This document shows positions 58,900 through 64,000 of a stretch of DNA of 64,000 nucleotides, piece after piece (position 1 is the first letter of the stretch; the number at the start of each line of letters is the position of its first letter). This DNA is from Gracilinanus agilis (lineage: Eukaryota). Under the pieces are notes generated by a model. It was not told where the DNA came from. It did not search any database and saw nothing but the letters and a program-made list of their open reading frames with translations. The DNA lies in the NCBI RefSeq assembly GCF_016433145.1, contig NC_058136.1, positions 73,188,345 through 73,252,344 on the forward strand, given 5' to 3'. The position numbers and the translations under genes are program-made.

Positions 58900-60960
58900 A
58901 ATCCAGGTTGACCTCGATGGGCCTTTCTGAGTCTCACAGAGTCCGTTAGCTCTCAGGTATTGCAGATTCTGTACCGACCGTTCTGGCTGGGCTCCCTTCC
59001 CTTTGCATCAGTTCATACGGGGCTTCCCGGGTTTTCCGGAAGCCTCCCTTTCCCCGGGCCCCACAGGAGTCCGTGGAATTCACACATAACGGGTTCGGCC
59101 CAATGGACGAGCACAGCGCCCCCCTCAGTTTCCTCCCATCCCAACTCGAGCTGTTTCCTGGATCCTTCTCTGGGGTCTCTTTTGCTTAGGCCTCACCCCT
59201 CACTGCCTCTCTCTAGCCTTCCTCTAGGTCCCCCCTTCTCTCTTCCTTCTGTTTTCTTGTCGAGTCCCTCGGACGCACGCCCCGACTCCGGGAGATCATT
59301 TTCCCTGAACTCCTCCTCTTAAGACCAAGGCTTACGGGCCTCCTTCTCTAACTCTGCTGGAGTGTGTGGGATGTTCAGGAAGGACCCCGGTGGGAGGGCC
59401 CCTTCGTGGGGCTACCATCAACCTTGATCCTCACCTCTTAACTTACTGCTCCAAGAAGCGGTCCCACATTCAGTGGCCACAGCTCGGTGAACCATCCTGT
59501 CAGATGGGGGAGGGGAACTAACTAACTCGGCGCTGAGTTGGGGGTGCGAAGACTGATGGCTTGGGCGGATGAGAACAGTCCATTCCGACAGCCACAAAGG
59601 TGGCAGAAACGGGCACTGGGGAGCGCTTAGGGCCCGGTCAGACATCAGAGACGGGGAGAGGTCGGCTACCGCGTCCCGGGCCGTCGCCAGCCATCCTGAC
59701 CTTGATCTTGCTGCTGGACTTGGCTGACTCGGGAAGAGAGGGCCACTTGGTCCTAAATTCACTTGGCGCCTCTCCGCCACGCTTAAATCCAGCTCACGCA
59801 CAGGTCGGGGCATCACCCCCTGCTGTCACGAGGACGAAGGACAACCAGCAGGAATCCCTGGTGATGACGGGACTCGTCCTCAGCCCATTTTTGAGTATAA
59901 GCAAGCAATTTAGCGTGGTTGAATCCCTTCAGGGTTTTTGTTCATTTTTACCTTGTTTCTCTAATTCCTGTGTTTGAACTTCAAAGTTTCTACACCGCTC
60001 TGGTCTTTCCCTCAGGAGTGCTTGGAAGTCCTCTCTTTAATTAATGATCCATTTTTATCCCGTTGCATTATCCTCAGTTTTGCTGGGTAAGTTGTTCTTG
60101 GCTGCACGCCCACATCCTTTGCCTTCTAGAATATTTTCCAAGCTCTCTGCTCTTTCATGGCGGTGGCTGCTAAATTTGGGGTGATCCTAATGATTATTCC
60201 TGGATCTTGGCAGTAGGCCGAGGCCCTGCGAACTTGCTGGGCTTCCGAGGTGACCTGACGATTCAGGGCAAAATCCAATCGCCGCCTCCTGCTTTGAGCT
60301 CTGCAAAGTCTGAGCAGCATAGCCTTGGAGGACTCGGCCACTCCGGGCCAGTCGGTTCAGCTTGACGGAAGCGCAGACTCCCCTTCGGTCTGGATCTTCT
60401 GCCCTGGTTATTCTGCTACAGGCTTTAGATTAGCCTAGAGGTTAGACCTGTGACACTCTGCTCTGCTCCACTCCACGGGGCCCGAGCCATACGACTGCCG
60501 CTTGCTCTCTTCTAAGCTTCCTTCTTGCTTGGTATAGAGCCTAAGGCCTACAACCGTTCTTTACCCAGGAACAAACACTAGCCTTGGCAGCGGGCCTGCT
60601 CCTCACTCCTTCCTGGATCCGTGTGGTGAGGGGCAGAACTGCCAGTGGCCACCTCTTTCTACGTCGTGCACAAATCTCGGTCTGTCTTGCCTCCGTGCAT
60701 AGCTTCTTCCTGTTCTGCCCTACTCCTGGCCAAACCCCCTCCCTCACCAGTGTTCACAGATTGCCCCGTCTCCCCGGGCTGATTTTTTTCCTTGGAGTTG
60801 CCCACCGGGTTGGGTTCTCGGGTATTTTCCTGGTTGGAAGAGGTTGGTTTGGGGGCAGGGGTGGAGACGGAGGGGGACGCCGTGCTTGCTCTTCTTGCTG
60901 TTCTGCCCTAGTGGCTCCTCCCTGCTTATAGTCGTTTAAATCAGTCTTTCCCTCTAACAT
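58900..60960 (-). mobile_element. Degenerate L1 ORF1 (59880-60960) and GC-shifted start of ORF2, in a BRCC3 intron
   Basis: Minus ORF ...IIIRITPNLAATAMKEQRAWKIF matches L1 ORF1 IRITQDLAA...RRAWN.IF. The ORF2 part is tentative. Confidence 0.6.
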
Positions 60961-61782
60961 ACTTGGGCCTTGGGGTCCTGACCTTTGACCCCTACAGTGG
61001 AATAGCCTTGCCTTTGTCGTGGGAAATGAGGTATGGCATTAGGGGGTCTTCACTCATTACGGTCCTCCCACGGTGGGGTTGTTGCTCAAAGGGAAGGAGG
61101 GGCCATAAGGCGCGGCCAAAGTGGGACAGCTCAGCGGCCCAACCAAGGCACCAAGTGTCCTAGATCTAGAAGAGATGGGGCCCTCGGAGGCTGTCGTGTC
61201 CATCCTACGTCACTTTAGAGAGGAAAAAACTGAAGCCCGGTGAGGTAAAGGACTTGGGCAAGGTCACACAGGCAATGACTAGAGTGATCAGGATTTGAAC
61301 TGAGGTCCTCTGACTGTACCCGCTGATTTCCATTCTATGGCCCTGGGTCACGTGACAGATTCTGTGTTTCGGTTTTATTGCTGCTTATTTTCCTTCTTCC
61401 ACCTGGAAAATGAAAAGTGCCATTTTCAAAAGGCACTATGTATGGCTTGGTGGACCTCCAGATATCTGGGTTCCAGTCCTGACTGCAGCGCATTGCCCAT
61501 GTGACTTGGCCCATGGCTCTTGACACCCTTAGGCCTCAGTTTCCTTGTCCATATAAATGAGGGGTTGGATCAGATGGCCTCTGAGGGCTTTTCGGACTCC
61601 GGGTCTCGGGATCCCATGTGGGGGGTCGTCCCTGGGCCTCAGTGCCCTCACCTGTAAAATCGAGGGCCTGCCAGCTCCGACCTAGCTCAGGAAGTTTTAC
61701 CAAGCTCTTTGGGGCTCTCGGGGCTTCAGGGAAATGTCCTTTGGGGTGGCTATTACCACTTTCTTCCTCTTGATTTCCCCAG

Positions 61783-61838
61783 ACTGGCCGGATCCTCTAC
61801 ACTTGCTTCCAGTCTACCCAGGCGCAGAAGGGCTCAGA
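61783..61838 (+). CDS. BRCC3: BRCC3 internal exon
   Basis: TGRILYTCFQSTQAQKGS(E); 56 bp; CAG acceptor, GTAAGT donor. Confidence 0.93.
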
Positions 61839-64000
61839 GTAAGTGTCACAGCCCCACGTGTGTCCCCGTACGTGTGTACGGGACTTCGGGCGCAGTCGTT
61901 TTGATTCCGTTTTCCCCTCGAGTCTGATAGGGTTTCCATACAGCTATGGGTCAGGCCAAGCTTGGCATCCACAGTCATTCCCTTTGAGGCACGAGTTAAT
62001 CAGCCCTTTCCGAAGACTGCAGGTGCAGGGAAGCTCCGATGGGCCTGCTCAGAAGAGAACTCTGGATTTCTTGGTCTAACTCTTAGGCCGCCTGGTGGAG
62101 GGGCTGCCGACTGATTTGGGGGTCACTGAGATCTGGGTAGCATTAGAGACGTGTGGGCTGTTGGGACCCTGGGCAAGTCACCAGAGAGAGAAGGCAAACC
62201 ATCGTCCCCTTTTGTTGGCCTGCCTCGCCTCACCTCGCCTCCGGAGCCCAGGACCCAGAGGCTGTCCTTACGCTTCCACTTGGTGCCTTTCACTTGACCT
62301 CCCTGCCTAACAGGGGGAGACACTCAGAAATCCCAAGAGTCCCCCATTTGCTGATGGCGTGCGTGTTGACCATTGTGTTTCTGGGCACCATCGCAGCTGG
62401 CAGCACAGACTGCCCGGTAGCGGTAGCCCCTCGCTCTTCCTAGAACAGGAACTTCATTAACAGTCCGATCAGCCCCACTGTGTGCCCAGCGATTTCTTTG
62501 TTGGGACAAGAGGGGAACAAGGAGGGCCTTCAGCGTTCTGGCTAGTTCCTCTCTGGAGAAGCCCTCACCGTGCCCTCCGAGGGCTTGGGAAGGCTGGAGT
62601 CGGCCAGTGGAGGAGGGAGTGTTGGCACCAGGGGAGGTGTGGAGAGGACCAGCTTTTGAAGGCTCTTTTGAGCTCTGTGGTCAGCCCTCGTGGGTCCGCC
62701 GAGCCCACCCCGGAGACTAGAGGCTTCACCTCGGCAGGCCTCGGGCCACCTGCATCAGGGGAGGCAGATAGCCTGCTTGGATGTCGCAGGGTTTGGGGAC
62801 CTGGGAGAGAGGTAAAGGCTAGAGGAGCAGCAGCCTTGGGGTTTGTAGTCCACAGAGGAAGTGCAGCTTCCAGAGGGATGGAGGTCTAAATGGGCATATT
62901 CTTAGCCTGTGGAGGAACAGGGAAAATGTGATGAACCGCCCACCCCATCTCTGTGGGTCAGAAATACGGCCTCAGGTGAGTTGGGCGACTGCCCTTGATC
63001 CGATTCCAAAGAGTCTGGAAAGGGTTTAAGGTTGGAGAAAACGGGTTCTCCGACGATGCCTGCATGGATTGGGTTTCTCCGGAATCGCCAAAGCTCAGGA
63101 GGGAACCCTGGCAGGGGCAATTAGCAAACTACGTTTTATCAAGCTGGAAGCCATAGCATGCCCAGTGGACGCGAGCCGGGGGTGGGGTGCTCGAGCAAAC
63201 GTGGGAGAAGCCAAGGCCAGCCGCTACCTCCCGAGCCTTTTCCAGTCATCCTAGTCTTTGTCTTGTTACTGGACCCGGACGAGTCTGGAAGAGAGAGTGA
63301 GGCCGAGGACTTTGGCAGTTCACCTGGGAGTCAAAAGACATCACCAGTGAAGTCCTCAACCCCCTCTCTGAGCAGGGAGGGCAACAGCCCGGCATCTACT
63401 GTGTGCTAACCTCAGGCCGTACGAAAAAGGAAACGGAGCCTCTGCCCTCAAGGGGCTCCCAAGCACCCCAAAGCTCCGGGCAGACTTCCTACAGGCAGGC
63501 GGAAAGGTAGAAAGGAGGAGCCTCCTCATGAAGGGATCCTGGAGGGGTGGGGCAGGGCCATCATTAAGTGGCCAGGGCTTGGACGGAGATCACTTTGGCA
63601 TCCGAGGGGAGGAAGGCCTGGAGTGAGGAGGGATGTGAGCCCGGGCGACCCACCAGAAGAAGGTGCAAGGTGGCCTAAAGGGTGGCGGGCACTGAGTTTA
63701 GTTTGGGCCGAGACGCCCACCAAGCAGCAGTTGGAGGGGAATAATTGGCCAGCACCTGGGGCAGGAGCCTAGCAGTGGCCATTTAGATTTAGGGGAGCCA
63801 GTGCTGGAGGGAATGGCCCCTTTGGGTCGGGCTTTGCCTTCCTCTAGCCTTTTCTTTCCACCCAGGAAAGTGTATTGGGTCATTCAAATGGGAAATGGAA
63901 AGCAATTCCTCTTAGAAGTCTAGAATGGGCCGGGAACTTGGAGATCTCTAGGGGCGCCGCTAGGGGGCGCAGCGGCTCAGCCAGGCCTTCCTGAGCCCTG

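Noticed and set aside
1-64000. Rsx-like tandem-repeat lncRNA, tRNA/rRNA genes, CRISPR arrays
   Set aside because: No long tandem array of short monomers and no spacer-repeat structure. The tRNA-like A/B boxes all belong to SINE heads.

Overview
This is GC- and CpG-rich mammalian genomic DNA with six N-gaps. The opossum-type SINEs, the L1s and the F8-BRCC3 synteny point to a didelphid marsupial X chromosome (inference). Supported genes: (1) F8 coding exon 1 (minus, 37308-37453), with no F8 exon 2 visible anywhere downstream; (2) eight in-phase coding exons of an NT5DC2/NT5DC3-family 5'-nucleotidase gene (minus, 16892-24597), plus a candidate first exon at 33310-33385, which appears to lie in F8 intron 1 on the same strand; (3) three BRCC3 exons carrying the JAMM motif (plus, 57290-61838); (4) an unrecognised ORF starting at a Kozak ATG at 50210 and cut off by a gap at 50618. 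In that ORF 128 of 136 codons end in G/C, and the protein resembles the N-terminal plus coiled-coil region of a class III/spuma-related retroviral Gag. It is the best candidate for an undescribed system: a possibly domesticated Gag-derived X-linked gene in the interval where eutherians carry FUNDC2/CMC4/MTCP1. The remainder is L1s of several ages (old ones GC/CpG-shifted), two solo LTRs nested in a young L1, a PPT-flanked LTR, many SINEs and microsatellites. No RNA genes or CRISPR arrays were seen. All family assignments come from recall and manual translation, not database searches.
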